DNA from: a virus
Length of the DNA stretch: 64,000 nucleotides
Virus record (IMG/VR): IMGVR_UViG_3300048855_000163
Location: 39-64,038 of that record
Reading direction: 5' to 3' (one strand)
A program made the position numbers and the translations under genes. Each line of letters starts with the position of its first letter. The first letter of the stretch is position 1. This document shows positions 54,000 through 63,615 of the stretch, piece by piece. The notes beneath the pieces are model-generated. The model was not told the DNA's origin and did no database searches. It was given only the letters and a program-made list of their open reading frames with translations.

Positions 54000-56900
54000 T
54001 GATGGCGGATCAACTTCTCCTGCCGAGCGACATCGCCGAACAGCAGCCCGCGACGGACGCGTCGCCGCCCGCTCAAGAGGGGGCACCGTCGCTGATGCTG
54101 CCCAGCGATATCGAGGAGCAGAAAACCTCTCCTTCTGTTGGTCAGCTTGGTTCCCAACTTCCGACAGGCTTCAACACGCGACTGGCTCATATTGCCGGCG
54201 CTCCGGTCGATGTCGTCACGGGAGAGGTCAACAAGGGAATCACGCCGTCCAGCTCGCCCGTCGGGTCGTTCGTCCCCTCTCTGCCCGAATTGGTGGGGCG
54301 TGGCTTACGGGCAGTCGGGCTGGCCGATAAACCTATCGAACAGCCTTTCGCAGGGTCGCAGTCGATCGAGAAGGGCATGGGCGCGCTCGGTATTCATACC
54401 GATGAGCAGCAGCCGGCGACCGCTCCCGAACGGATCGCCAGGGCTGCCGGGTCTGGCGCGGCCGATATGGTCCTCAATCCGGCGCGTGGCCTCTATGATG
54501 TCGCCGCCGGCATGTTCTCGGGCGCAACGGGCGCTGCCACCGGTCAGGGCCTGTCTGAGGCCGTCCCCGATAAGTACAAGCCGATTGCCCAGGTCGCCGG
54601 CAATATCCTTGGAGGCGGGGCGGGTGCGGTTGCATCTGAGGCGCCGCGGGTCGTGGCGAGTGCTGCGCGCCAGGCCGGCGAATATGTTGCCCCCCTGACA
54701 GCAGCGGGACGCGAACGGCTGGCCAGCCAAACGCTCGCGGACTCAGCGACGAGTCGGGCCGCTACCCTCGACGCGTTGGAGAACGAGCCGCGCGAACTGG
54801 TTCCGGGCTCGTCTCCGACGACCTTTCAAGTGACCGGCGATATGGGGCTCGGCGCATTGGAGCGCCGGGTCGCGACGCAGAACCCAGAGGAGTTCAATAC
54901 TCTCCGGGGCGATCAGAACGCCGCTCGCGTTTCGGCTTTGGACAATGTCCAGCCGACGGGCGCCCCGGAGGATGTGTCCAATTTCTTCCGGTCACAGCTT
55001 CAGCAGATCGATACGGATGCACAGCTTAGTGTGGACGACGCGCTCCAGAAGGCGCGCACGTCCGCAGATCAAATTGGCGGCCTCCGCAATCCCGAAGCTT
55101 ACGGCCAGGACATCCGCGACCAAATTCTCCCCAAAATGGATCAAATCAGCCAGGGCGCGAGACAGCAGGTCGCGTCTCTCGGCGGAACGGGGAACTTGGA
55201 GGAATACGGCAGCACGCTTCGGAATGCGCTGCAAAGTGCGAAAGACGCAGCGAAGACTCGCGAAAGATCGCTGTGGCAGGCCGTCGATCCAGATGGCACC
55301 CTTGCGCTCGATGTGTCCCCGCTAAAATCGGCCGCCGCGCAGATCGAATCGCGCATGACGCCCTCGGCCAAGCCGATCAGCGGCGAAGAAAGCGACATAT
55401 TCAACGCAATTCGTACGTATGATCCTGTTACACCATTCAATGAGCTGACGGATCTGCGCAGCCGCATTACCGCAGAAATGCGCGGGCAGTTGCGAACGGC
55501 GGGGGAAACGCCGACTTATGCAAGGCTCGCTCAGTTGCGGGGTGCCGTCGAGAGCAGTATCAATAATGCAATCGAGCGAAAGGCGGCGCAGGAGCAAGCA
55601 GCGGTTGCGATCGGGGCGATGAACCCCGAAGACACGATGGCTGCAAAGCTGCAGCGTGATATTGAGGAATACCGTGCCCGACAAGCTGCCGCCCGGCAAA
55701 ACGCTGGAGCAAGCGTTGGAGCAGTTGGATCCGCAGGAGCGACCGGGATTTCTTCGATTCCTGGAGGAAAAGGCCAGGGCTTCGGGGGATCTGGCATACC
55801 TCCGGGAACTCAAGGCGTATCGCGAAATGTCCCGCTCACTCCCAACCTTGACGAAGATGCCGCCCAAAGACTGAAGGCGGCCACACAGGCGACGAAGGAA
55901 CGCGCCCAGACCTTCGGGCAAGGCCCCGTTGGTCAGACCCTCAAGTCGCAAGGCGCGCAGGGCAATTATCGCCTTCAGGACGCCGCCGTTCCGGCGAAGC
56001 TCTTCCATCCCGGCCCGACCGGCTATCAGGATGTGCAGGCGTTCAGAGCCGCGGTAGGTGACGATGCCGCTGCCTTGGACGCGCTCCAGAACTATGCGTC
56101 CGCTTCGCTTCGCAAGGCCGCGTTGCGTGCCGATGGGACGCTCGATCCAAGCAGGTTCGCGACATGGCGGCGCGCTCATTCTGATGCGTTGCGTGCCGTC
56201 CCTGAACTCGCGGCCCGCTTCAGCAATACTGCAAAGGCGACTGACGCGCTGGAGCAGTTCGCGCCGTTCCGCGCAGACATAGCCCCGTCGCATCTTCCGG
56301 AGGTCTTCTTCCACCCGGGCCAGAGCGGTTTCGAGGGTGTCCAGCACCTACGGCGCCTGACCGGGGATGAGCATGCACTGCCTTTGCTGCAAGATTATGC
56401 CGCAAGTCGGCTACGCCACGTTGCGATGAATCCTGACGGTACGATCAACCCGGCGAAATTGCAGACGTGGCTTCGAGCGCATGACCAGGCTATGCGGGCA
56501 TTCCCGGAACTGCGGGCGAAGTTCCAAGACGCGGCCACGGCTTCACAAGCCGTCTCTGATGCCGCCGCCGCGCGCAAAGCTGCCGTCGACGCCTACCAAA
56601 AGGGGTCCGCCGGCAAGCTTCTGAACGTAGAGGACCCCGAGGACGTGACGCGCGTCGTCGGGGGCATTTTCGGCCAGAAGAATGCCGTCCAGCAGATGCG
56701 CAAATTGGCCGTTGAGGCTGAGAAGAGCCCTGCTGCGAAAGAGGGGCTGCGCAAGGCCGTCGTGGACTTCATCGGCGGGAAATTCATCAGCAACACGGAA
56801 GCTGGCACGTCAGGCCAGAACCTGATGAAGGCAGACGCGTTCCAGACCTTCATCAAACAGAACGAGGGCGCTCTCAAGCAGATCTTCACCGACGAAGAGG

Positions 56901-57346
56901 TCAACTCGATGAAGGCAATCGCGGCCGATCTCAAGCGGGCGAACCGGACGATCGCGGCGGTAAAGCTGCCGGGCCAGTCCAACACCGCTCAGGATCTGAC
57001 GGCCGTGAGGAAGGCCGAGCCGAAGGAAAGGGCCTCACTTCTCAACAAGATGATCGCCGGGGGCGCGAGCGGCTTCGCTCTCCATAGCCTACCGGGGGCG
57101 GCCATCGGCGCCGCATCCGCCGCCGGGCAGCATGTCATCAGCTCTCTCCGGGCGGCCGGAATCGAGAAGGTGGACGATCTTGTGAAAGAGGCGATGCTCC
57201 ATCCCGACATCGCCAAGGCGCTTTTGGCGAAAGCACCCATCAAGCCTGATCGTGGGTCTGAAATCACGCTTGCGCAGAGGTTAAAACGGCTCGCCGTCTT
57301 TGGGGCCGCGCAGGCCGCGGCGGCCAGTATGCAGCCCGCTCAGTAG
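53999..57346 (+). CDS. Large DNA ejection/internal virion protein
   Basis: 1115 aa, Ala/Gln-rich, last virion gene; internal repeats. Confidence 0.75.
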   Translation: MMADQLLLPSDIAEQQPATDASPPAQEGAPSLMLPSDIEEQKTSPSVGQLGSQLPTGFNTRLAHIAGAPVDVVTGEVNKGITPSSSPVGSFVPSLPELVGRGLRAVGLADKPIEQPFAGSQSIEKGMGALGIHTDEQQPATAPERIARAAGSGAADMVLNPARGLYDVAAGMFSGATGAATGQGLSEAVPDKYKPIAQVAGNILGGGAGAVASEAPRVVASAARQAGEYVAPLTAAGRERLASQTLADSATSRAATLDALENEPRELVPGSSPTTFQVTGDMGLGALERRVATQNPEEFNTLRGDQNAARVSALDNVQPTGAPEDVSNFFRSQLQQIDTDAQLSVDDALQKARTSADQIGGLRNPEAYGQDIRDQILPKMDQISQGARQQVASLGGTGNLEEYGSTLRNALQSAKDAAKTRERSLWQAVDPDGTLALDVSPLKSAAAQIESRMTPSAKPISGEESDIFNAIRTYDPVTPFNELTDLRSRITAEMRGQLRTAGETPTYARLAQLRGAVESSINNAIERKAAQEQAAVAIGAMNPEDTMAAKLQRDIEEYRARQAAARQNAGASVGAVGSAGATGISSIPGGKGQGFGGSGIPPGTQGVSRNVPLTPNLDEDAAQRLKAATQATKERAQTFGQGPVGQTLKSQGAQGNYRLQDAAVPAKLFHPGPTGYQDVQAFRAAVGDDAAALDALQNYASASLRKAALRADGTLDPSRFATWRRAHSDALRAVPELAARFSNTAKATDALEQFAPFRADIAPSHLPEVFFHPGQSGFEGVQHLRRLTGDEHALPLLQDYAASRLRHVAMNPDGTINPAKLQTWLRAHDQAMRAFPELRAKFQDAATASQAVSDAAAARKAAVDAYQKGSAGKLLNVEDPEDVTRVVGGIFGQKNAVQQMRKLAVEAEKSPAAKEGLRKAVVDFIGGKFISNTEAGTSGQNLMKADAFQTFIKQNEGALKQIFTDEEVNSMKAIAADLKRANRTIAAVKLPGQSNTAQDLTAVRKAEPKERASLLNKMIAGGASGFALHSLPGAAIGAASAAGQHVISSLRAAGIEKVDDLVKEAMLHPDIAKALLAKAPIKPDRGSEITLAQRLKRLAVFGAAQAAAASMQPAQ
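55674..55874 (+). CDS. Candidate overprinted 66-aa protein inside the ejection gene
   Basis: GAGGA RBS 55664-55668, GTG start, amphipathic helical translation. Confidence 0.45.
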   Translation: MPDKLPPGKTLEQALEQLDPQERPGFLRFLEEKARASGDLAYLRELKAYREMSRSLPTLTKMPPKD

Positions 57347-57789
57347 CAGTTCGTCGTATTACCCCACGTGGTGCAGGAGATCGTCGATCGCGGCGCCGGT
57401 TGTCCAGCCTGCATCATCGCAGCGCCAGCGCCCGCAACTCCGGCCCAGGCCGCTGCATCTGCCGCTTGTTGCGCCTTTTCGGCGACTGAGAGATCGCTGA
57501 CCGCCGAGGCAATTGCGTAGTCACCCTCAGCCGGCGACATCTGTCTGGCGTCCACGCGAGAGGCGATCAGGACACGGTACGCCAATAGCTTCTGCTCTTG
57601 GGGGTTTAGCCGCCCCTGAGAGCGGAGATAGTCGTTCCCCTCGTTCGCCCATTGCGTCCATGTGATCTTGCCGGCGTCACGTTGCGCTTTCAGGTCGAGA
57701 AGCATCGCATTGATCTCGGCGCGCTTCTGCGGCGTGATGCAGCCGGCTAGGGCAAGTGCAATCGCCCCAACGATGAGCAGCTTTTTCAT
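57340..57789 (-). CDS. Lipoprotein moron
   Basis: MKKLLIVGAIALALAGC lipobox; GGGAG RBS. Confidence 0.8.
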   Translation of the reverse strand: MKKLLIVGAIALALAGCITPQKRAEINAMLLDLKAQRDAGKITWTQWANEGNDYLRSQGRLNPQEQKLLAYRVLIASRVDARQMSPAEGDYAIASAVSDLSVAEKAQQAADAAAWAGVAGAGAAMMQAGQPAPRSTISCTTWGNTTNCY

Positions 57790-57983
57790 AAGCCCCCGAC
57801 TCCCCAAAGTGCTGGCGCACCATACCACAGTACGTCTGATTGGGGAGTCGGTGTGCGCAGATCGTACCGAATGCCAAGAAGCCAGTGTCAAGACCCGCGC
57901 CGCTCGATCTGGCGCGTCTCCGACCTCAATTTGAACATGAACATGTTGCACAAACGTCGCATCTGGCGAGAGAGTTAGTAGGA

Positions 57984-58115
57984 ATGTCCAGTGCTCGCGA
58001 TTTTGGGCTTGCAATTGAAAAAATGCCGAGAGACGTTAGATCTCGGGTCAGAGATACGCGGTTGTCTCTCGAAGGGACGACGGATGGGATCCGGGCTCAA
58101 CGGGGCGAAAAATGA
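57984..58115 (+). CDS. 43-aa ORF coupled to the Panacea gene
   Basis: AGGA RBS; ATGA overlap. Confidence 0.35.
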   Translation: MSSARDFGLAIEKMPRDVRSRVRDTRLSLEGTTDGIRAQRGEK

Positions 58116-58684
58116 CGTTATCGTTCCGTCCTGACTTTGAGAAAATCGTCGAGCTTCTCCTCTATCTGGCTCATGCGAAGCCGGGCGCCGATATCTATCA
58201 GGCTGTCAAGTTTTTTTATCTGGCAGACCGCGAGCATCTGAACCAACATGGGCGCCCAATCACGTACGAAACGTATTGCGCATTGCCCTATGGGCCGGTT
58301 GCATCGAATGCGATGGACCTTTTAAACGGCCGGCCGGGTGCGTTGCGCAAGGCCCGTATCGATACGCTTCCGTTCGAAATGACGTCCGCTGTAAGGGGCG
58401 ACCGCGAGGTGCTCTGCCTTGGCCGGCCTAAGCGAGAGGTTAATTTCGACGTATTCTCCAAAAGCGACATCCGTGTCTTCGACATGGTGATTCGCAAATT
58501 TGGCGATAGCTCATTTGATGACCTCTATAACATCACACACAAACACCGTGCCTATTTAAACGCTTGGCGCCGTAGGGGAAATTCCAATATGGCACCAATG
58601 CGTTACGAGGAGATGATTGACGATCGCGGCCGCAGGGAGCAGATAGTTAATGATCTGTCTCCTGTAGCGGCTCATATGAGATGA
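58112..58684 (+). CDS. Panacea (SocA/DUF4065) antitoxin
   Basis: K..YLADREHL..HGRPIT...Y.AL.YGPV...L...TH...AY. Confidence 0.88.
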   Translation: MTLSFRPDFEKIVELLLYLAHAKPGADIYQAVKFFYLADREHLNQHGRPITYETYCALPYGPVASNAMDLLNGRPGALRKARIDTLPFEMTSAVRGDREVLCLGRPKREVNFDVFSKSDIRVFDMVIRKFGDSSFDDLYNITHKHRAYLNAWRRRGNSNMAPMRYEEMIDDRGRREQIVNDLSPVAAHMR

Positions 58685-59061
58685 AGCTTGGCGAAATCTA
58701 TTATTTCACAACGGACCAAGCTGTCGGATATGACTCCCGTCCGAAGTACCACGTCTATCTCGGGGACAGCGTTTGGCCCTTCGACGGGTATATCTTTTTG
58801 TTCATCAGCAAGAGCGACTACGGGGGAGACTATCGAATATACCAGAAGGATTACCCCTTTCTGACATATGAAGATAGCTTTGTGAGCTGCGGGAGCGTGC
58901 TGGATTACAAAGCGGAAGAGTTTCGTGCCGCCAACCCTGAACGCAAGGGTTCGCTTTCTAAACTTCACTTGGCCGAACTACACGCATCAGTCGCTACCAG
59001 CGAAACGATGAGAGCGTCCCACATAAAAGTTGTCTGCGAACTGTTAAAGGTCGCTCTGTAG
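58681..59061 (+). CDS. Putative toxin partner, possibly PemK/MazF-like fold
   Basis: ATGA-coupled downstream of Panacea; GEIY.F...RPKY.V...FL..DSFV.C. Confidence 0.6.
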   Translation: MKLGEIYYFTTDQAVGYDSRPKYHVYLGDSVWPFDGYIFLFISKSDYGGDYRIYQKDYPFLTYEDSFVSCGSVLDYKAEEFRAANPERKGSLSKLHLAELHASVATSETMRASHIKVVCELLKVAL

Positions 59062-59073
59062 ATAGGATCGGGG

Positions 59074-59100
59074 ATGGGCGCTTCGGCGCCCCTTTTTTGT
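59074..59100 (+). terminator. Terminator after the toxin-antitoxin pair
   Basis: GGGCGC-TTCG-GCGCCC followed by a T-run. Confidence 0.7.
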
Positions 59101-59428
59101 TGATACAGGCCGCTCCCGCCGGGCTTCGGGAGTGTGGGTGCGCGTGAAATGCCCGACGGGAGCGCGGAGTTCGGCTCTTCCCCTGCCTTGCCCCGCGCAA
59201 TCATCTGCCGAGCCTGCGGTCTCGTCTAATCAGATTGCGATCGTCGCCTCATGGGTCACGATCAGGAGTCCTGATAACCGCCATCAAAAGAAGAGCCCCG
59301 GCCAAGGGGGCGGATCGGGGGTGATCCGGGGCCGGGGCAGTATGGCTAGAACATAGACAGCCCAACTTAGCATAAGCGTTGCTGATCACCAAGCCGCCTC
59401 CGGGCGGCTTTTTTATTGGAGCGTCCCC

Positions 59429-59542
59429 ATGAAAGAGAAGCTTAAGCAGGCCTTCACCGCGCTCGCCGCTCAGGTCCAGGCGCATCCCTACATCGCCACG
59501 GGCGTGATCATCGCGCTTGTGGTTCTCGCCGTGGTGCTGTGA
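59429..59542 (+). CDS. 37-aa single-TM protein, holin-like position (not in the track)
   Basis: GGAG RBS; HPYIATGVIIALVVLAVVL; TGATG overlap with the lysin. Confidence 0.55.
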   Translation: MKEKLKQAFTALAAQVQAHPYIATGVIIALVVLAVVL

Positions 59543-60459
59543 TGGCGGCAGAGAACTACGACGCGGCCCTCAAGCAAGAGCTGGTGCTCGAGGGAGGCAA
59601 TGTCGACGATCCCCGCGATGCTGGTGGTCGCACCAGCCGGGGCGTCACGCAGCGGGTTTATGACGCTGATCGCCGCCGTCGCGGTCTGCCGACACAGGAT
59701 GTCTGGAAAGCCACGGATGACGAGATCGCGGCCATCTACAAGACCCAGTACTGGGACGTGATCCTCGGTGACCAGCTACCCGCGGGTCTCGATCTGCTGA
59801 TCTTTGATGGATCGATCAATTCCGGGCCGGTGCAGTCCGTCAAATGGGCTCAGCGCTCGCTCGGCAACGTGAGGGTGGACGGCCATCTCGGCAAAGAAAC
59901 CCTCGATGCGATCATTGCCTATCCCGACCACGATCTGCTGATCGCCAGCATTTGCGACCGGCGGATGGCCTTCCTGAAGGCGCTCAAGACGTGGCGCACA
60001 TACAAGAACGGCTGGACGAGCCGTGTTGACCACATCAAACAGGCCAGCCAGGCGATGGCCACCGGCAGCGTTGGCCCCGATCCGTCCTACTTCACGAACG
60101 GCGAGAAGAAGGCCTTCATCAGCGATGCCCGAAAGCCGCCCTCGCTTGCTCCGGCGAGCGCGGTCGGGACGGGCGGCGTGGTGACGATGACCATTCAACA
60201 GGTCACCGGCTCACTTCAGCCCCTTCAAGGCTGGATCCCCATCATCGACCATACGGTTGGCGCGATCACGGCGGCCGGCGGCATTCTCACCGCAGGTGGC
60301 CTCGCTTATGCAGCTTGGGCCAAGCACAGGGCGAACACCATCAACGACGCCCTCAATCTCGGCGAGACGCCCGCGCCTCCCACGGCCGTTGCGCCCGTGG
60401 CTCCTCTGCCGCCTGCGCCGCCCGCCACACCCGTAGCGCCTGCGGGAGGTGCAGCATGA
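59542..60459 (+). CDS. Endolysin, glycoside hydrolase 108 family
   Basis: EGG.VDDPRDAGG.T..GVT, IYK..YWD, LP.GLD...FD..INSG, GW..RV. Confidence 0.92.
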   Translation: MAAENYDAALKQELVLEGGNVDDPRDAGGRTSRGVTQRVYDADRRRRGLPTQDVWKATDDEIAAIYKTQYWDVILGDQLPAGLDLLIFDGSINSGPVQSVKWAQRSLGNVRVDGHLGKETLDAIIAYPDHDLLIASICDRRMAFLKALKTWRTYKNGWTSRVDHIKQASQAMATGSVGPDPSYFTNGEKKAFISDARKPPSLAPASAVGTGGVVTMTIQQVTGSLQPLQGWIPIIDHTVGAITAAGGILTAGGLAYAAWAKHRANTINDALNLGETPAPPTAVAPVAPLPPAPPATPVAPAGGAA

Positions 60460-60755
60460 TCGCATGGTTCCTCTCCCAATTCCCCTGGTGGGCATGGGCC
60501 GTGCTTGGGCTCGGTGTCGTGCTCGCCGTCTGGCGCATATTCGGGCTGTCCGCCGCCTTGGCTGCGCTGGGCGCCGTCGCCACGATCGTCGGGTATCGCA
60601 AGGGCGTGAGTGACGGCGGCGCGGTCGAACTCGCCGATCAGCAGAAAGCCCAGGACCAAGCCGTCAAGGACTTCCAGGCGGTCAAGCATGATGTCACCGG
60701 CCTGACCGACAAGCAGGTCACCGGCGAGTTGCAGGCGTGGGTGAAAAAGCCATGA
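60456..60755 (+). CDS. i-spanin-like membrane protein
   Basis: N-terminal TM segments plus helical tail after the lysin. Confidence 0.65.
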   Translation: MIAWFLSQFPWWAWAVLGLGVVLAVWRIFGLSAALAALGAVATIVGYRKGVSDGGAVELADQQKAQDQAVKDFQAVKHDVTGLTDKQVTGELQAWVKKP

Positions 60756-60958
60756 TCCGGCTCGGTCTTGCCCTCGTCCTGATCGGGCTCGCGCTCGGTG
60801 GGTGTCAGTCCGTCCCCGTGGACACCTTTTGCCGGACGCACAGCGCCGACGATTTCCGGCCGACGGCCGACGAGTTGGCCCATATGTCGCCGGCCAAGCA
60901 GCGCGTCGCTCTCGAAAACCTGCGCTATGGCGCCAAAGCCTGCGGGTGGGCGCCGTGA
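60752..60958 (+). CDS. o-spanin-like lipoprotein
   Basis: LALGGC lipobox; follows the i-spanin. Confidence 0.7.
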   Translation: MIRLGLALVLIGLALGGCQSVPVDTFCRTHSADDFRPTADELAHMSPAKQRVALENLRYGAKACGWAP

Positions 60959-61218
60959 GCGAGACCATCACCGTCTCCAAAGAGGAGCTGCGCGAACTCG
61001 TCAAAGAGGCGGTCAAGGATGCCTTCGGCGACGTTGGTCTGCGCGCAGACAAGCCTGAGCAGGTGGACGAAGCTCGCGAGGACTTCCGGTTCATTCGTCT
61101 GCTGCGCAAGTCTACTTACGGCGCCGCGAGCACCGTCGGTGTGGCCGTCATCGTCTCCGTAGTCGGGGGCGCCATCACGATCCTCTCCCTCGGAGCGCGT
61201 GCGCTCCTGGGCAAATAA
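60955..61218 (+). CDS. Membrane protein with C-terminal TM, holin-like
   Basis: VGVAVIVSVVGGAITILSLG. Confidence 0.6.
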   Translation: MSETITVSKEELRELVKEAVKDAFGDVGLRADKPEQVDEAREDFRFIRLLRKSTYGAASTVGVAVIVSVVGGAITILSLGARALLGK

Positions 61219-61260
61219 TCTCCCGACCTCTTTCTCCCTCCCGAAAAACAAGGACGCCTC

Positions 61261-61908
61261 ATGTCCGCTCGCCTCCCGGCGGCGCTGATTGCGCTCGTCT
61301 TCGGCTGCCTGCTGTCTGCCTGCAGCCTCGATCTCACAACCGCCCCTCGATCCTCGCTCGCCGGCCCTGTCGTCAAGGTCATGATCGGCAATGAAGGCCA
61401 TGGCTCAGGCACTCATCTCGGCAACGGCTACATCTTGACGGCCGCCCATGTCGTCGAAGGACAAAAGACCCTCGGCATCGTCCTCGACAATGGCAAGACC
61501 GCCACAGCCGACGTGCTATGGGCGAGTCCGGATTACGATGTCGCCCTGATCCGAGCGCCGATCGGCGACCTGGCCGGCTCCTCGCATCTGGCGTGTCGGT
61601 CACCGGCTGTCGGCGAGACCATCCATTCCAGCGGTAATCCTGGCCCGCTCGATTTCATCACGACATGGGGGAGGGTGGCGGGCGCAGCCCGAGCCTTCGC
61701 CCCTTGGAAGAGCGTCTTCATCGTTGATGCAGCGATCATTCCGGGGGTCTCCGGCGGCCCTGTCTATGACGGCAACGGCGACGTGATCGGCGTCAATGTG
61801 GGCGTCATGCTCAGCCAAGTGGGCTTCGAGGCTTCCCTGACCAATCTCGGCTTCATCGTCCCGGGCAGCACGGTCTGCGCGCTCATGGGGAAGGGAGTGA
61901 CTGCGTGA
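61261..61908 (+). CDS. Trypsin-like serine protease, putative lipoprotein
   Basis: LLSAC lipobox; TAAH, DVAL and GVSGGP triad motifs. Confidence 0.88.
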   Translation: MSARLPAALIALVFGCLLSACSLDLTTAPRSSLAGPVVKVMIGNEGHGSGTHLGNGYILTAAHVVEGQKTLGIVLDNGKTATADVLWASPDYDVALIRAPIGDLAGSSHLACRSPAVGETIHSSGNPGPLDFITTWGRVAGAARAFAPWKSVFIVDAAIIPGVSGGPVYDGNGDVIGVNVGVMLSQVGFEASLTNLGFIVPGSTVCALMGKGVTA

Positions 61909-63149
61909 GCCCTCCGCAGGTCCCAGACGAGCTTGCACGCGAAGCTGTCAAGGCGCTTGAGGAATTCGGCGACAAGTCGGCAGCAGCGCGAGCGTTGGGC
62001 ATCGCCCGCTCTACCTACCAAAATCGGCTGAAGCGAGCCGCCGAGCGCGGCCTCATGGGCTACCGGCCCGTGCTCCCCGGCTATGCCATCAAGGGCACCA
62101 CGACCGAGCGCGACGCCGATGGCCATGTCACCCGCGAATGGGTGCGCCAGGCCAAGGAAGCCGGCGGCGGATTCGCGATGCCGCCGGGGCACATCGTCAA
62201 GGGCGTCTCGGCCTATCTCGATCCTGACGGCCGGATCTTGGGCCAGTGGGTGAAGACGCGGGAAGACCGTGGCCCGCTTGAGACGGCCGAACTCATCAAG
62301 GAAGCCTTCGCTGATTTCGTGGGCACGGCGCAGCCGTCGCCTGTGCCGCCGTCATCCTCCGAGGACCTGCTCACTCTGGTCCCCCTGGCCGATTGGCATA
62401 TCGGTATGTTCTCCTGGGGCAAGGAAACCGGCGCCAACTGGGATCTCAAGATCGCAGAGGATGTGATCGGCCGGGGCATCGAGAGTTTGATTGATCGCAC
62501 GCCAGCGTCCTCAGAGTGCGTCATTTTGGGCGGCGGCGATCTTCTCCACTCCGACAATAACGAGAACCGCACGGCCCGCTCGGGCAATGCGCTCAATGTT
62601 GATGGCCGCTACCAGAAGGTATTGATGGCTGCGTGCCGCTTGGTGGTGCGCACGATCGACGCGGCCCTGCGGCGCCACAAGCATGTCACCGTCCGCATTC
62701 TCCCCGGCAATCACGACGAGCATTCCTCTGTGGCCGTGTCCTATTTCCTCCTGGCCTGGTACCGGAACGAGCCACGGATCACGGTGAACGTTGACCCTTC
62801 CCTGTTCTTTTGGAAGCGCTTCGGCCTCGTCATGCTCGGGGCGACGCACGGCCACACCGTCAAGATCGAGCAGATGGCGTCGATCATGGCTCACCGCCGG
62901 CCGGAGGACTGGGGCGCCACACGCTACCGCTTCGTTCACGGCTTCCATTGGCACCACTCGCGCAAGATGGTGACCGAGGGCGGAGGCGTCGTTTCCGAGA
63001 TCCATCAGACGCCTATCCCGCAGGACGCGTGGCATTTCGGCGCCGGCTTCCTGTCCGGCCGCTCCATGCAGGCCATCACCTATCACGCGGCCTATGGCGA
63101 GGTCTCCCGCTGTCGGGACGTGATCCTCGATGCGGAGATGGCGGCATGA
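61905..63149 (+). CDS. HTH plus calcineurin-like metallophosphoesterase
   Basis: AAARALGIARST; ADWHIG, GGDLLH, PGNHD, HGH, FHWHH. Confidence 0.85.
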   Translation: MSPPQVPDELAREAVKALEEFGDKSAAARALGIARSTYQNRLKRAAERGLMGYRPVLPGYAIKGTTTERDADGHVTREWVRQAKEAGGGFAMPPGHIVKGVSAYLDPDGRILGQWVKTREDRGPLETAELIKEAFADFVGTAQPSPVPPSSSEDLLTLVPLADWHIGMFSWGKETGANWDLKIAEDVIGRGIESLIDRTPASSECVILGGGDLLHSDNNENRTARSGNALNVDGRYQKVLMAACRLVVRTIDAALRRHKHVTVRILPGNHDEHSSVAVSYFLLAWYRNEPRITVNVDPSLFFWKRFGLVMLGATHGHTVKIEQMASIMAHRRPEDWGATRYRFVHGFHWHHSRKMVTEGGGVVSEIHQTPIPQDAWHFGAGFLSGRSMQAITYHAAYGEVSRCRDVILDAEMAA

Positions 63150-63403
63150 TCGACGACGACGAAATCGAGCGCATTGCCGCCGGCTATGAGGCGCTATGCC
63201 CGGACACTGGCGCCGCCTTGCGCGAGTGCATCCGTGATGCCCTGACAGACCAGAGCGTCTTGAAGGGGCAGCTACAGCGTGCCCTCGAAGCCATCAGCCC
63301 CGGCTATGTCCGGATGCCCAAGGCAAAGCTGTGTCTTATGCCGAAACCACGGCCGGAACCCCTGGACATTCCCGATCCGACGACTCACGATTCGCCACTA
63401 TGA
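63146..63403 (+). CDS. Hypothetical protein
   Basis: ATGA overlap; SPGYVR. Confidence 0.6.
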   Translation: MIDDDEIERIAAGYEALCPDTGAALRECIRDALTDQSVLKGQLQRALEAISPGYVRMPKAKLCLMPKPRPEPLDIPDPTTHDSPL

Positions 63404-63615
63404 TCGCTAAAATCGAAGGGCCCCATCCGAAGGCCGATCTCGTTACGGTCATCGTGGATGGGGACCGGTTCCTACTCTCGATCGAAAGCAGCCCGGACCG
63501 TTATCTGTTTGAGATAAAGCCGAGCACGTTGGCGGCCATCCTGGAGAGAGTTGGGTGCGCGTTCGCTTATAAGTTCGGCGACTGTTGTGCCAAGGACGCC
63601 GGCCTTCCATCGTAA
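63400..63615 (+). CDS. Hypothetical protein
   Basis: ATGA overlap. Confidence 0.45.
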   Translation: MIAKIEGPHPKADLVTVIVDGDRFLLSIESSPDRYLFEIKPSTLAAILERVGCAFAYKFGDCCAKDAGLPS

